A stretch of 64,000 nucleotides of DNA, taken from positions 636,953 through 700,952 of the forward strand of contig JAWABJ010000001.1 in assembly GCA_038884755.1 (NCBI GenBank), in the 5' to 3' direction. The notes below the pieces were generated by a model. The model was not told the origin of the DNA. It ran no database searches and saw only the letters and a program-made list of their open reading frames with translations. Positions 40,456 to 49,999 of the stretch are shown in pieces; within the stretch, counting starts at the first letter, position 1, and each line of letters begins with the position of its first letter. This stretch comes from Candidatus Norongarragalinales archaeon (lineage in GTDB: Archaea > Micrarchaeota > Micrarchaeia > Norongarragalinales > Norongarragalinaceae). The translations under genes and the position numbers were made by a program.

Positions 40456-40544
40456 GAAGCCGCCTGAAACACCTTCAACCCCACTAAACATAGCAATCTA
40501 AAATACTACTTTGCGGTGCAAGGAATAAAAGCCTTTGCGACTAG

Positions 40545-40561
40545 CACTGGAAAGCTACTCT
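40545..40561 (+). promoter_or_regulatory. Conserved 17-bp box CACTGGAAAGCTACTCT upstream of the MTase TATA (TTTAAAAA)
   Basis: Identical to the box in the 16S S919 intron; 7-nt spacer to TATA. Confidence 0.7.
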
Positions 40562-40589
40562 AATTAAGTTTAAAAACCCTGAATTAGTC

Positions 40590-41465
40590 GTGGTTAAGAC
40601 GAAGAAAATGATAAGCAAGTATTTGAATAAGCTCTATGTTAGAGACTGCCTTAGCTTCATGAAAGAGCTACCGGCAGGCAGCATAGACGTTATAGTAACT
40701 TCGCCACCATACAACATAGGCAAAGAGTACACTACCTACAAAGACGATAAAACTAGGATAGAGTATCTCGACTGGATGGAACAAGTAGCTATAGAGAGCA
40801 AACGAGTATTGAAAGAAAACGGCTCGTTCTTTCTTAATGTTGGCGGAAAACCGTCGGACCTTGCTATTCCTTACGATGTTGAAAACCGGTTTAGAAAATA
40901 CTTTGTCTTACAAAACGACATCATTTGGGTTAAATCAATAACAATCACTAAGGAAGATGTCGGCAAGTCTAATGGCTTAAGAAGTGACGTTTCGGTAGGT
41001 CACTATAAGCCGATTCAAAGCAACAGGTTCCTAAACAATTGCCACGAAAACATATTTCATTTTACTAAACATGGCAAAACAGAGGTAGACAAGCTTTCAA
41101 TTGGAGTGCCTTATCAATACAAATCTAACATAGAACGCTGGGGTAAGACAGAAGACAGAAGGGATAGGGGGGATGTTTGGTTTATCCCTTACGAAACGAT
41201 ACAAAGCCACAGACCACACCCGGCTACGTTTCCAGAAAAACTACCGCTAATGTGCATTAAACTACACGGAGTAAAGAAGGACATTGTAGTTTACGATCCA
41301 TTCATGGGAGTTGGAAACACGCCGTTGGCATGCCTAGAATTGGGAGTAAATTATATTGGCACCGACATCGATAAAGGATATGTTGAAATGGCTGAAGAGT
41401 TTATTCGAGAAAAGAAGGCTCAAGCCAGATTAGCTACAAAGCTCGTATCTCTTTCAGAAGAGTAA
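40590..41465 (+). CDS. Site-specific DNA methyltransferase, beta class (N4-C/N6-A)
   Basis: VTSPPYN, HPATFP, DPFMGVG in beta motif order. Confidence 0.93.
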   Translation: MVKTKKMISKYLNKLYVRDCLSFMKELPAGSIDVIVTSPPYNIGKEYTTYKDDKTRIEYLDWMEQVAIESKRVLKENGSFFLNVGGKPSDLAIPYDVENRFRKYFVLQNDIIWVKSITITKEDVGKSNGLRSDVSVGHYKPIQSNRFLNNCHENIFHFTKHGKTEVDKLSIGVPYQYKSNIERWGKTEDRRDRGDVWFIPYETIQSHRPHPATFPEKLPLMCIKLHGVKKDIVVYDPFMGVGNTPLACLELGVNYIGTDIDKGYVEMAEEFIREKKAQARLATKLVSLSEE

Positions 41466-41916
41466 GCGCTTTTTTACGAGAAATTTTCGTAGTAGTGCTT
41501 AATTTTTTATCGTTCCACCATTCAAGCACTTGCCCAACAGGGACGATCCAAAAAGGAATATCTGGAAAAGATTCGATGTCAGAAATTATGAAACCTTCAA
41601 TTTCTCTAAGTTTCTTGAGAAAGCCTTCTTTGCCAAAAGACCGCCCAGAGCCAACCATGTAACTAGGCGAGAAGTAAATACCAGCCTTTGTGATGCTTCG
41701 AACTTCCCACTTGCCGCCTTTAGAATCTAAAAGGTCAAAACCTGCCCCTTCGCTTGGTGCAAGTTTACCATGCAAAACCTCGTAAGCAAGACGACGCTCT
41801 AACAAAAACGAAACGCGCCTCCCGTCAGTGAAGTAAAGCCTAACATCTGCTTCAGTTATTTTGAGAGCATTAGCTATCGCTTTAATATTCCAAGTAAACT
41901 TGCCGCTTGCTTTCAT
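41434..41916 (-). CDS. Putative type II restriction endonuclease (PD-(D/E)xK, PvuII-like size)
   Basis: 160 aa, GFDLLDSKGGKWEVRSI catalytic-like segment; convergent with the MTase. Confidence 0.65.
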   Translation of the reverse strand: MKASGKFTWNIKAIANALKITEADVRLYFTDGRRVSFLLERRLAYEVLHGKLAPSEGAGFDLLDSKGGKWEVRSITKAGIYFSPSYMVGSGRSFGKEGFLKKLREIEGFIISDIESFPDIPFWIVPVGQVLEWWNDKKLSTTTKISRKKALTLLKEIRAL

Positions 41917-41964
41917 GAAAGAATAAACTAAAAGGGAATTTAAATAAACCCCTAAAAAAAAGGG

Positions 41965-42924
41965 TTAGCGGACTTTGAATTTACTTTTTATCCCCGCCTG
42001 TTCAAAGTGTTCTTTAAGCGAATCTATAAGAGCTTCAGTCATTGAATTTATTGCCTTGTGGCTAGTCCCCATCGCACCCCATTCACAGTCTGTGGACCAT
42101 TGTTCCGATTTCATTTTTGGAATAATGCGCAAAATCTTTTCAAAGGTTTCAGCGGTTATTTCCTTGTTTGGATCAACATAGTTAAGTACGATGTATCGAA
42201 ATAGCTTATTCATCACAAACACTCCGGTCCGTCTGAACAAAACATATTTTGTGGGCTGGGCATGTGCTTCAGAACAAATGTTTCTTATCGCAATCCAATA
42301 GTGATCTAGCATTTTTTCTAATATTTCGGTTGGCGTTCCTTTTAGATCGGATTTGAATATCGGCTCAAGAGAATCGGTAAATGCCTTTTGATTAATAAAT
42401 GCCCCAGATCTCGGTTCTTCGTTAGCCATCTGGATTCGGGTAGACCACACTTTTGAGGATCTATTTAGATATTCTGCTATTGCTAAAGCGTGCGGCTTCC
42501 AGTCAATACCACTAATTACTTGTTGAGGAAGGTTTGCCTTTGATACCCCGATCGTCCCTCCAAATTCTTCCTTTATATGAGGAAGAAACTGCTCTGCTAG
42601 ATCAGTTGGAACGCCTCGTTGAGTTTTATTCATTATAACAAACTGCAGCATCTCAGTGAACTCGATATTTTTTAGACCAGCGGCTTTAGGATCAACCCAC
42701 AAATTCGGACAGATTATTATTACTGGAAAAGGGTATTCTTCAACTCGTTCATCTCCAGGAGGAAAGGAATCGATGAGTTTTCGAAGACCGGCTATCCTGT
42801 GTTGGCCATCAACTTGCCAAAGTTTCTGATTAGGTGGCAAACGAATTTCGCCAAAACTACCGTTAACTTTCTTGAAGATAGGCGTTTTGTCTCTGGAATA
42901 GGCGCTGACTTTTCTTTTTTTCAC
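41965..42924 (-). CDS. DGQHR-domain (DndB-like) protein, likely N-terminally truncated
   Basis: VDGQHR, F..MNKTQRGV. Confidence 0.8.
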   Translation of the reverse strand: MKKRKVSAYSRDKTPIFKKVNGSFGEIRLPPNQKLWQVDGQHRIAGLRKLIDSFPPGDERVEEYPFPVIIICPNLWVDPKAAGLKNIEFTEMLQFVIMNKTQRGVPTDLAEQFLPHIKEEFGGTIGVSKANLPQQVISGIDWKPHALAIAEYLNRSSKVWSTRIQMANEEPRSGAFINQKAFTDSLEPIFKSDLKGTPTEILEKMLDHYWIAIRNICSEAHAQPTKYVLFRRTGVFVMNKLFRYIVLNYVDPNKEITAETFEKILRIIPKMKSEQWSTDCEWGAMGTSHKAINSMTEALIDSLKEHFEQAGIKSKFKVR

Positions 42925-43131
42925 GCTGTGCAGGTTTTCTCGAGGGGTAGTCTCACGATTAGAAACATCAAAGCTTTACAGCTCTGCTTCCAAACAATTG
43001 TGAGGTTATGGTCGTTAGTAACGCTCGGCTGAACACCTCGCTTGCGCTTGGTGCGTACACCTGCGTCCTATCAAACTCATCTGCTATGAGTGACCTAAGC
43101 CGCTTCGTTTCAGGATTGGCTTCGTCCTTAG

Positions 43132-43178
43132 CTAGGCAGCAGTTTTTCCAAGGTTTTTTTCCTACGGAAAAAAAGCTT
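43132..43178 (-). other. 23S BHB mini-intron (~L2754), 47 nt
   Basis: Splits GAAGGCAT|CTAAG; central helix AGGC/GCCT. Confidence 0.85.
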
Positions 43179-43273
43179 ATGCCTTCAGGACTTATCCTAA
43201 TGGCGCGTGGCTACCCTGCTTGCTTGCAAACAACAGGCGAACCAGAGGCGCCGGATCGATGTTCCTCTCGTAC

Positions 43274-43975
43274 TTATCGATCCTTCCCTTCAAGCGGCCA
43301 AACAATCCTAAAAGATGCAACCGAACTGTCTATGTCGCCTCTTCTAGAACGCTTAAGCAATTCAAAACGAAACACTTTATCCGGATGAGCCGAATCAAAA
43401 CAATCGTAAAACTTCAACACTTGCTCGCTCCCGTGAACCATCAACGCAAACATTTGCGTTTGGCTTCCTTTCTTAACGTACGGCCCGCAAACGCGTCCGC
43501 AGCGAACTCCGAATTCGGAAACGATTTCCTTTATTTCGCCCAGAACACCCTGGTTGGCTTGAGCCAAATAAACCCGAATGTCCTTTTCAGGAATGTTCAA
43601 AGTCGTTTTCTCGAAGGAATTAACGCTTCCCTCCGCATCGAAAAAACCCCGGACGTAAGCCGCCTTAAGTTCTCCAGAGCCTTTTGAAATCCACGTTGGG
43701 GTTAGCCAAGTGGATTGGTCTCCGTTGAATTCAGCGAACTTCGAAAGTTCTTGAAAAACTTTCTTGGAAGTAATGCTCAAACACCAAACGCCATGCCGCT
43801 CGTCGAAGTAAAAGCTAGCGTTCTTGCCGAAATTCCTTTCGAGAATTCCGGCCAAAAGCTCGAGCCATCGTTTGCTCTTTTGGTAAAACCCGATTCGATA
43901 AATGCCTTGTTCAGGAATGCTCGTGATGTTTCCATCACGCAAGGCTCCGATCAAGTAAGCGATTTCTTCATTCAC
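43274..43975 (-). CDS. Double-motif LAGLIDADG homing endonuclease (no stop codon inside the intron)
   Basis: AYLIGALRDG and AYVRGFFDAEGS; GTG 43975 lies 23 nt after a TATA. Confidence 0.88.
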   Translation of the reverse strand: MNEEIAYLIGALRDGNITSIPEQGIYRIGFYQKSKRWLELLAGILERNFGKNASFYFDERHGVWCLSITSKKVFQELSKFAEFNGDQSTWLTPTWISKGSGELKAAYVRGFFDAEGSVNSFEKTTLNIPEKDIRVYLAQANQGVLGEIKEIVSEFGVRCGRVCGPYVKKGSQTQMFALMVHGSEQVLKFYDCFDSAHPDKVFRFELLKRSRRGDIDSSVASFRIVWPLEGKDR

Positions 43976-44071
43976 GATTAATCCGAAATCTTCCTCTGCT
44001 TTTAAATCTTGAGAGAGTGGCTTTCCAGTGCTTCCAGTGAATTGCCTATGATTGTGCGTTCTAAAAGAGGT
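43332..44071 (-). mobile_element. 23S BHB intron (~L2597), 740 nt, with homing endonuclease
   Basis: Splits AACGTCGCG|AGACAG; central helix GTCG/CGAC; long terminal stem. Confidence 0.9.
44014..44030 (-). promoter_or_regulatory. Conserved 17-bp box CACTGGAAAGCCACTCT upstream of the intron HEG TATA
   Basis: 7-nt spacer to TTTAAAAG; a second CACTGGAA half-copy lies immediately upstream. Confidence 0.7.
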
Positions 44072-44191
44072 CGCGACGTTCTGAACCCAACTAACGTAGG
44101 TCTTTAATGGATGAACAACCCAACCCTTGGTGGCTCCTGCACCACCAGGATGACCTGAGCCGATAGCGATGTACCAAACCGCGGTGTCGAT

Positions 44192-44393
44192 TTGTCCTTT
44201 GCAGAACAATCTTTCCCGCCCCCTACGCGTTGAGCGTCAGAGTTCAAACCGGTCACTAACATCTTTTGCGAGAGATTACCTAAACCTAACCAGCATGGAT
44301 GCCAGTGTCGGTTTAAACGAAGACTGATCGCTCAAAACACGGGGTTGAAAAAGAAAGTTCCATTCGCCTTTCAAATGAAAGAAAGGGGAAAAA
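44192..44393 (-). other. 23S BHB intron (~L2477), 202 nt, no ORF
   Basis: Splits GAGTTCAT|ATCGAC; central helix GTTC/GGAC. Confidence 0.85.
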
Positions 44394-44508
44394 ATGAACT
44401 CTCAACCGCGACGAGCCTGTTACCCCCGGGGTAGCTTGTCTGTCAGAATGAGCCCTCATTAAAAGGGCATCATTGTTCGTTAAGCCCTGCTTTCGCACCT
44501 GCGACCCA

Positions 44509-44556
44509 TAAAACAGATTTTTCTTTACTTGATTTTTCTTTCGTAAAGAAAAATCA
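44509..44556 (-). other. 23S mini-intron (~L2361), 48 nt
   Basis: Removal restores hairpin GATCT-TAACAAT-GGGTC; relaxed BHB, boundaries +/-2. Confidence 0.75.
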
Positions 44557-44984
44557 TTTGTTAAGATCACAGTCAATCCAGCATTTGTCTTTGACCCTCT
44601 ACAACGCATTTCTAACGCGTCTGAGCTGAATATTGGGCGCCTTTGTTATCTTTTCGAAGGCGTGCCGCCCCAGCCAAACCACCCACCTGCAGCTGTCTTT
44701 CTTTCGAAATGAGCAATGCAGTCGAAAAATAGCAGTGTCACACTTTCGCCTATCGCACTCCCGGAAGAGTGCGCTTGACGGCTCCTGCTTACGCTTTGAT
44801 TCTCCAACCGAATTACAACAACAGGCTGTGGTTAAGCTCCACGGGGTCTTCGTTTCCCTTTAGGATTCCTCGGCATGTTCACCGAGAAGTAGGTTCACCA
44901 GGTCCAAGGTAGGGACAGCAAGACAGTCGTTACGCCATTCATGCAAGCCGCCAATTAAGCGGCGAGGTACTACGCTACCTTAAG

Positions 44985-45709
44985 CAACTTTTCGTATGCA
45001 TTTTGCACTGAAAAGCTGGACTATATCTTCACCGTCTTAGGGTGTTCGGCGTATAGTCTCTGAGGATCCTGTCTTTGCGTCCAACTCTTGCATTATTTCA
45101 TCCAAAGTGCTCTTGCGTTGTTTTCCTTCCAAATTCATTCGGAAGGCCAAGCGCACGAGTTTTTTGAACGAGTCAAGGTCGGAATGCTCTTTTCTTTCTA
45201 ACGCTTCAACAATTTCCTTGAACAGAAGAAAGTCTTTCTCTTTCGAGACAAGCGGATACTTGTCGAAAAAAGGAATTACTTTCTCCGCCAACTGCCTTCG
45301 GTTGTCTACAACGAACTGCATTAATTCCGGTTGACCGTGTTTTTCCACGACCCTTCCGCAAGAAAGCCTGCTTCGGAATAAATCCAAAACCGCTTGTCCT
45401 TGCTTGTGTTGGGTTACGTGAAAAACCGGGTCTAAAACCAACCCGAATTTTGCAGTGTCTTCTTGTTTTAAAGACACGTTGAAACAACCTTCAGCGTCGG
45501 CGAATCCGCTCAAGAAAAAATCGGCGTTTCTTCCTTTCGTGAGTTTACTCAACCCAGCCATAGGCAACCACCTTTTTGGTTCTTTTAAAATTACAGTTTC
45601 CTGCTGATAGCATTCAACGTTTCAAGCTCTTTTCCTTACTCAGGGTCTTGAAACTCCCGCGTTCCAGCATACAGCCGAATTTAGCGACTCCCTTTAACTT
45701 GATTGCTCA
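44985..45709 (-). mobile_element. Group I intron at 23S L1923, 725 nt
   Basis: Exon ends GACTCU paired to IGS GGAGTC; terminal G; P/Q/R/S elements TGCTGGAA, TCAGCAGG, CAGAGACTAT, AAGATATAGTCC. Confidence 0.93.
45037..45567 (-). CDS. Single-motif LAGLIDADG homing endonuclease in the group I intron
   Basis: FLSGFADAEGCF, F.VTQ, IPFFDKYPL; C-terminus overlaps the R element. Confidence 0.93.
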   Translation of the reverse strand: MPMAGLSKLTKGRNADFFLSGFADAEGCFNVSLKQEDTAKFGLVLDPVFHVTQHKQGQAVLDLFRSRLSCGRVVEKHGQPELMQFVVDNRRQLAEKVIPFFDKYPLVSKEKDFLLFKEIVEALERKEHSDLDSFKKLVRLAFRMNLEGKQRKSTLDEIMQELDAKTGSSETIRRTP

Positions 45710-46001
45710 AGAGTCAGAGTTACTCCCGCTCTTTGCCAGTCCTTTGCTCCCTTGAAAAGGAGTTTGAGATACTGGTAGTGAGCAGGCGTCAACCATCGTA
45801 CTCAACCTTTCGGTTTTGCGATGATTTGTGTTTTTGATAAACAGTCGCTGTCTCCTTGCCACTGCGACCTACAAACCCCCAATCGACAAAGTCTATGGAA
45901 GAATGTAGGCAGCCCTTCTTCCGAAGTTACGGGCCTAGATTGCCGAATTCCCTTACCATGGTTCTCCTGCCACGCCTTGGCTTGCTCTGCCAGGACCACC
46001 T

Positions 46002-46065
46002 TTCAGTAAAAAATTTCTTTGGGTTTTCTTTACTGAATTTTTCTTTTCCCAAAAGAAAAATTCTT
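46002..46065 (-). other. 23S BHB mini-intron (~L1617), 64 nt
   Basis: Splits CCAGTAC|AGGTGG; central helix CAGT/ACTG. Confidence 0.87.
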
Positions 46066-47894
46066 GTACTGGTTCTGGGTACGGACACTCGAGATCACTC
46101 CCGCTCCATTTTCACGGACTCTAGGATTCAGCCCAACCCCCTTGCGGAGGCCATTCCCAGCTTCAACGAGTGCTCCTCATTACGAGACTTCCCCGTTGTA
46201 TTCAAGTTAACAACGATGCGCGTTGTGGGCCTATCCCTAAGCGTTTGGATGCGGGCTTGCGTTGCCGCACTTACTCAAGTGGTACGCGAATGTTAACGCG
46301 TTTCCCTTTCGACATCACTGTCGTTTAGTCTTAGGACCGACTTACTCTTGGTCGACTAACGTTGCCAAGAAACCCTTAGTCCTTTCGGCGTCCAGGATTC
46401 ACACCTGGAATAGTTGCTACTAGCACCAAGATCTTCATTGCAATCCGCTCCACAAGACCTCACGGCCTTGCTTCTGCGCGAACTGCACGCCCCTCTACTA
46501 AATCACGCTCAACAAAGCGTGTTCTGAAGTATCGGCGAACTGCTTAGTCCCGAGAGTTTACAACGCTCCAGTCCTTGATGGGTCCGCTGTTACGCGTTGT
46601 TTAAAGGATGGCAGCTTCTGTTCCTACCTCCCCACTGTCTGAGAACCGAAACGTCTTGAAGAACACTCAGCAGTTTCTTAGGGGCCTTAACTCCAGTAAG
46701 CGTCTTTACGCCCTCGCCGCACGCGCTTAACTCATGCGGCCAACTCCTGTCTTCTACAACGTCGTTAGCTTCGGAGTTTGATAGCAAAGTGAGGGCTTTC
46801 GCCCCCGTGCTTCGCAATCGGTAGCTCTACCTAACGACAATCTCCAACAGGGCTGAACTGCGGTTCACTTCGAAGGGAACCCGCTATCGCCAAGCTCGAA
46901 TGCACTTTCATCCCTAAACGCGAGTCACCCAAGAGGCTAGACCATCACTGGTTTCGGGCTTCCACCACCCTGAAGGGCGGCTTCACCCTGCTCACGCTTA
47001 GATCGCTTTGGCTTCGGGTCTCACGAGAGTGACTTGACGCCGGTTAAGACGTTCTCCCTCGCACCTTGCGGTGTTGCGGAGTTTTCGCTTTCGCTATGCA
47101 CAATGCTTGCCACTCTCGTGAACTCCTTGGCTCTTGCTTCAAGAAGTACGACACGACCCCGTGCCCTCTTCGGGCCTTTCGGGCCGAGTCTTCATGTCGC
47201 CTTACAATTTCAGGCACTTTTAACGCCGCTTTCGCGGTGCTTTTCAGTTTTCCCTCACGGTACTGAATTCGCTATCGGTCTTGAGTTGTATTTTAGGGTT
47301 GCAAGTTAATACTCGCGTTTTCACACAGCCAATCCAGGCTATGCTACTCTGGAATTCCTCCCATCCCCTTTCGGTTCGCTTACACGGCTTTCACGTTCTA
47401 AAGCGGCATTTTCCAATGCCCTTCAGCTCTCGATCGGGGATTAAAAGAAGGAACCCAAACTCCACATTTCTACTCTCTTTGCAGAGAGGATTCGGTTTGC
47501 CCTGATGCGCTTTCGTTCGCACTAATCACGCAATCCCTATTGGTTTCTCTTCCTCCGCTTACTAAGATATTTCAATTCAGCGGGTGTGCGCTCTTTCCAG
47601 AGCATTCGGGAACCTTGGGTTCAAAGCCTGCATGCGGCTACCCCAAGCTTTTCGCAGCTTGCCACGCCCTTCGTCGCCACTCAAGCCAAACCATCCACTG
47701 TAAGGCTTTGCAACAACTACTCCTCGATAAACCTGCACAGCTTCATGAAAATATGCACTCTTGCGAGTGCATTAAATCAGCACTTCGAATTCAAACGCCC
47801 GTGCAAGGGGTCTTGCTTTGAATTCTGTTTTCTTCGCCCGCAAACCGTTTTGAGGCGGTCAGCGGACACACGCATTTTCCTGTGATTTCCGCGC

Positions 47895-47978
47895 TCCGGT
47901 TTTTTCCGGCGGTTTTTCTTTTTTTGCTTTTCTTTCTTTACTTAATTTTTTCTTTCTTTCGCAAAAAGAAAGAAAGGT
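47895..47978. repeat. Free-standing Y/R-tract hairpin element in the ITS, 3' of tRNA-Ala
   Basis: CCTTTCTTTCTTTTT-GCG-AAAGAAAGAAAAAATTAAGTAAAGAAAGAAAAG (minus strand), same pattern as the mini-introns. Confidence 0.7.
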
Positions 47979-47981
47979 TAG

Positions 47982-48053
47982 TGGACTCGGTGGGATTTGA
48001 ACCCACGGCCTCCTGCTTGCAAAGCAGGCGCGCTGCCACTGCGCCACGAGCCC
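47982..48053 (-). tRNA. tRNA-Ala(UGC) in the 16S-23S spacer
   Basis: GGGCTCG/CGAGTCC with G3:U70; anticodon loop TTTGCAA. Confidence 0.97.
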
Positions 48054-48274
48054 ACTCGCAGCGCGCGGCTGTCAATTATTATGACAGGGGAACGAAGAGA
48101 GGCGAATGAAATTTGCAAAACGCTTTTTTGATCAAACTTTTTTCGAAAAAAAGTTTGTCCATTGCAGAGTTAGACTTAAAGGATAGCTTCTATCCTCCGT
48201 TTTACTTTGCCCAAATTAGTTCCCGGAACAAATGGAGGTGATCTAACCGCAGGTTCCCCTACGGTTACCTTGTT

Positions 48275-48490
48275 CATGTAGTTCCACATGTCGCCATGCG
48301 GCATGGACTATATCATCATCTCAATTTCTTGAGCGTCTGCGTGTAGTCTCTGAGGGGTCAATCATTTTCATGACGACTTCCCTGCTGATAGACCCCACCT
48401 GAACCGTTGCCGGTTCAGGATACACGGGTTGTTCCAGCATACAGCAGATTTTGTCTGCATCCTCGCGGATGCAGGTCGCAACATAAGTTT
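48275..48490 (-). mobile_element. ORF-less group I intron at 16S S1498, 216 nt
   Basis: Splits AAGTCGT|AACAAGG; IGS GCGAC; terminal G; P/Q/R/S elements present. Confidence 0.92.
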
Positions 48491-49031
48491 ACGACTTAAC
48501 CCTCCTCATGAAGATCTAGCTCGAATGCGACCGAAGTCGCAGCCTCACTAAAACCTCACTTGGATGGCTTGACGGGCGGTGTGTGCAAGGAGCGGGGACA
48601 TATTCACCGCGCGATGATGACACGCGATTACTAGGGATTCCAACTTCATGGGGGCGAGTTTCAGCCCCCAATCTGTACTGGAGTAGGGTTTAGGTGATTG
48701 CCTCCGCCTTTCGGCGTCGGAACACATTGTCCCTACTATTGTATGCCACGTGTGGCCCAGCAGATTCAGGCCATACGGACCTAGCGTCGCCTTCTCCTTC
48801 CTCCCACTTAACGCGGGCAGTCTCCACAGAGTGCCCTCCGAATTGCTTCGAAGGTAGCAACTGTGGACGAAGATCTCGCTCGTTGCACGACTTAACGTGA
48901 CACCTCACGGCACGAGCTGGCGCTGGCCATGCAACACTTCTCGGCTTGTTGGCTAAGATCTTTAGTCTGAGCTTCATACTGCCGTCTCTGCTGGTGAGTT
49001 TCCCGGCGTTGAGTCCAATTGAACCGCAGCA

Positions 49032-49645
<614 letters not shown>

Positions 49646-49680
49646 TGGCTCGCACTGAAGCGCGCTTTAAATGTTTTTTG

Positions 49681-49697
49681 AGAGTAGCTTTCCAGTG
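49681..49697 (-). promoter_or_regulatory. Conserved 17-bp box CACTGGAAAGCTACTCT upstream of the 16S intron HEG TATA
   Basis: 9-nt spacer to TTTAAAGC. Confidence 0.7.
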
Positions 49698-49948
49698 TTA
49701 TTTGATTGCGCTATTCCTTTCCTTTAAGTTTCAATCTTGCGATCGTACTCCCCAAGCGGCAGACTAAACGTTTTCACTACGGCACTGCAGCAACGCGAAG
49801 TCGCTGCAACGCCAAGTCTGCATCATTTACTGCACAGGACTACTCGGGTATCTAATCCGATTCGCTACCCTGGCCTTCGTTCCTCACCGTCAGACGTGTT
49901 TTGTCCAAGCGCTTTCGCCACCGATGGTCCTCTAAGGATTACAGGATT

Positions 49949-49999
49949 GTAAGCACAGTTTTTCTTTACTCAATTTTTCTTTCGTAAAGAAAAATTGTT
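49949..49999 (-). other. 16S mini-intron (~S694-696), 51 nt
   Basis: Removal restores GGAGTAAAATCCTG; two possible BHB registers, boundaries +/-2. Confidence 0.82.

Larger units (their letters stand above)
43000..47708 (-). rRNA. rrl: 23S rRNA with six introns (ends approximate)
   Basis: Universal segments AGTACGAGAGGAAC, GGTAACAGGC, TAAGGTAGC; processing stem 42925-42950 pairs with 47717-47741. Confidence 0.97.

Noticed and set aside
42722..42732. ACTGGAAAAGG, partial match to the 17-bp box
   Set aside because: Inside a coding region, lacks the ACTCT half and a downstream TATA
42950..43000. 5S rRNA downstream of 23S
   Set aside because: No 5S-like sequence; the processing stem runs straight into the DGQHR ORF
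43976..44209. N-terminal extension of the 311-aa LAGLIDADG ORF in the track
   Set aside because: Reads through 23S exon and promoter sequence; GTG 43975 after the TATA is the more plausible start
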